Origin: Mobula hypostoma | Taxonomy: Eukaryota | DNA: 64,000 bases | Direction: 5' to 3' | NCBI RefSeq assembly: GCF_963921235.1 | Contig: NC_086097.1 | Coordinates: forward strand, 203,114,001-203,178,000 | Part shown: positions 61,748-64,000 of the stretch, piece by piece | Position numbering within the stretch: the first letter of the stretch is position 1 | Layout of the letters: each line of letters opens with the position of its first letter | The notes under the pieces: generated by a model | The model's input: only the letters and a program-made list of their open reading frames with translations | What the model was told of the DNA's origin: nothing | Database searches by the model: none | Program-made: the position numbers and the translations under genes

Positions 61748-62508
61748 TCAGAATAAGAATCAGGTTTATTATCACCAGCATGAAATTTGTTAACTTAGCA
61801 GCAGCAGTTCAATGCAATACATAATATAGAAGAGGAAAAATATATAAAATAATAATAATAAATAAATCAATGACAGTATACTTAAATTGAATAGATTAAA
61901 AATCATGCAAAAAAAACAGAAATAATATATTAAAAAGAGGCCCCATGTGCCACCTAGACATCAGACCACGTGCCACCAGACGACAACGAATAAATTAAAA
62001 AAGTGAGGTAATGTTCACGGGTTCAATGTCCATTTAGGAACCAGATGGCAGAGGGGAAGAAGCTGTTCCTGAATCACTGCGTGTGTGTCTTCAGACTTCT
62101 GTACCTCCTACCTGATTGTAACAGTGAGAAAAGGGCATGCCCTGGGTGCTGGAGGTCCTTAATAATGGATGCTGCCTCCCTGAGACACCGCTCCCTGAAG
62201 ATGCCCTGGGTACTTTGTAGGCTAGTACCCAAGATGGAGCCGACAAAGTTACAACCCTCTGCAGCTTCTTTCGGTCCTGTGCAGTAGCCTCCCACCCCCA
62301 CACCAGACAGTGATGCAGCCTGTCAGAATGCTCTCCACGGCACATCTATAGAAGTTTTTGAGTGTACTTGTTGACATGCCAAATCTCTTCAAACTCCTAA
62401 TAAAGTATAGTCACTGTCTTGCCTTCTTTGTAACTGCAACAATATGTTGGGACCAGGTTAGGTCTTCAGAGATCTTGACACCCAAGAACTTAAAACTGCT
62501 CACTCTCC
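61748..62508 (-). mobile_element. Rex1/Babar LINE 3' fragment
   Basis: RVSSFKFLGVKISEDLTWSQH, AASIIKDLQHPGHALFSLLQSGRRYRSL; (aatcag)n tail. Confidence 0.9.
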
Positions 62509-62519
62509 CAATGCTTATA

Positions 62520-63180
62520 GAAAAAATTAATCTGAGTATTGGACCCAAACAGGAGGAAAATGAAGTTGCCAGAGATAGCAGCAAGCCTGAGGATTGTAAA
62601 AACTTTAGTAGTGAACAAAGGAAGCCAAAAGGTTTAAAGGGGGAAAGGTGGAGTGCATGAGTAAACACACAGGAAATACAAGAGCTGACATTAACAGATC
62701 CAGACAAATTTGTTAAGAGAGAAGGTTACTGACAACAAATGTAAATCCCCAGTTAGAAAACAAAGCAATAGAGGAACAAATAAACACAGATTTTGAATCT
62801 GTCTTCAGAATGGTCAATGCAAATAACCTGGACAATTGTGAAAACAGAGTGAGGCACGCTAACGAGCTGGGACATTTTTAGATTAAGAAGAAGGTATGCT
62901 AGATCTTCTGAAAAGCATCAAAGTAGAAAAGACCCCAGGGCCTGATGACATGCATCCTAGAATATGGAAAGAAGCAAGTGAGGAGATTGTTGGGGTTTTG
63001 ACAAAGATCTTAGCATCTTCATTAGCAATAGGCGAGGACCCAAAGATGGAAAATAGCAAATATCGTGCCTTGGTTCAAGAAGGGAAATGGGAATAATCCA
63101 GATAATTATACGTCAGTGAGACACACCGCACATCAGTGGTATATAGTATATAATCAGCTACTGGAGAAGAATGATGGGGA
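62520..63180 (+). mobile_element. Old CR1 ORF2 fragment
   Basis: IKVEKTPGPDDMHPRIWKEASEEIVGVLTKI. Confidence 0.75.
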
Positions 63181-63195
63181 CCCACCTCCATCATG

Positions 63196-64000
63196 GACAT
63201 AAGAACTTAACATAAGAAATAGGAGCAGGAGTAGGCCATTTGGCCCATCGAGCCTGCTCCACCATTTAATAAGATCATGGCTGATCTGGCCATGAACTCA
63301 TTTCCACCTACCAGTCTTTCCCCCACAACCTTTAATTCCCCTACTATGCAAAAATCTATCCATATTGTCTTAAATATATTTACTAAGGTAGCCTCCACTA
63401 CTCCATTGGGCAGAGAATTCCACAGACTCACCACTCTCTGGGAAAAGCAGTTCCTCCTCAACTCCATCCTAAATCTACTCCCCCGAATCTTGAGGCTATG
63501 TTCCCTAGTTCTAGTCTCACCTACCAGTGGAAACAACTTTCCTGCCTCTATCTTATCTATTCCTTTCATAACTTTATATGTTTCTATAAGATCTCCTCTA
63601 TTATTCCAAATTCCAGCGGGTACAGTCCCTGGCGAGTCAATCTCTCCTCGTGGTCTAACCCCCTCATCCCTGGAATCAACCTGGTGAACCCCCTCTGCAC
63701 TGCCTCCAAAGCCAGTACATCTTTCCTCAAGTCAGGAGACCAGAACTACACATAGTAATCCAGGTGCGGCCTCACCAGTACCTTGTACAGTTGCAGCATA
63801 ACCTCCCAGCTCTTAAATTCAATCCCTTCAGCAACATTCCATTTGCCTTCTTGATAGCCTGCTGCACCTGTAAACCAACCTTTTGTGATTCATACACAAG
63901 CACTCCTAAGTCCCTCTGCACAGCAGCGTGCTGCATTTTTTTACCATTTAAATAATAATCTGCTCTTTCAGTTTTCCTTCCAAAGTAGACGACCTCGCAT
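63196..64000 (-). mobile_element. CR1 LINE 3' part, runs off the window end
   Basis: MKGIDKIEAGKLFPLVGETRTREHSLKIRGSRFR..FSQRVVSLWNSLP; (cataagaa) tail. Confidence 0.93.

Overview
This is vertebrate genomic DNA, not prokaryotic. The repeat content (abundant CR1, Rex1, HE1/V-SINE-like and hammerhead-bearing Penelope-like elements) suggests a cartilaginous fish, probably a ray; that assignment is inference. The whole window lies inside PRKDC (DNA-PKcs) on the minus strand. I read 25 consecutive GT-AG coding exons from 60887 down to 910 (3770 nt, about 1256 codons, all splice phases compatible), covering the middle HEAT-repeat region through the PQR/S2056 autophosphorylation cluster. The introns are packed with transposon relics: CR1, Rex1, L1/Tx1, HERO-like and Penelope-like retroelements, tRNA-derived SINEs, hAT elements and a Tigger-like MITE, several with clean target-site duplications (TSDs) and nesting. 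Most of the ORF track is spurious or transposon-derived. The most interesting signals are: (i) a very young Penelope-like family carrying an intact minimal hammerhead ribozyme, with two identical copies in the sense strand of the PRKDC pre-mRNA and many short or palindromic derivatives; (ii) an 81-bp tandem duplication of a PRKDC splice acceptor that creates an in-frame +27 aa alternative; (iii) an exon whose first 13 nt exactly regenerate the upstream donor site; (iv) a HERO-like element flanked by an approximately 90-bp direct duplication; (v) a 66-bp minisatellite built from a SINE tRNA-like head. Transposon boundaries without TSDs are approximate, and comparisons to human DNA-PKcs are from recall, not from an alignment.
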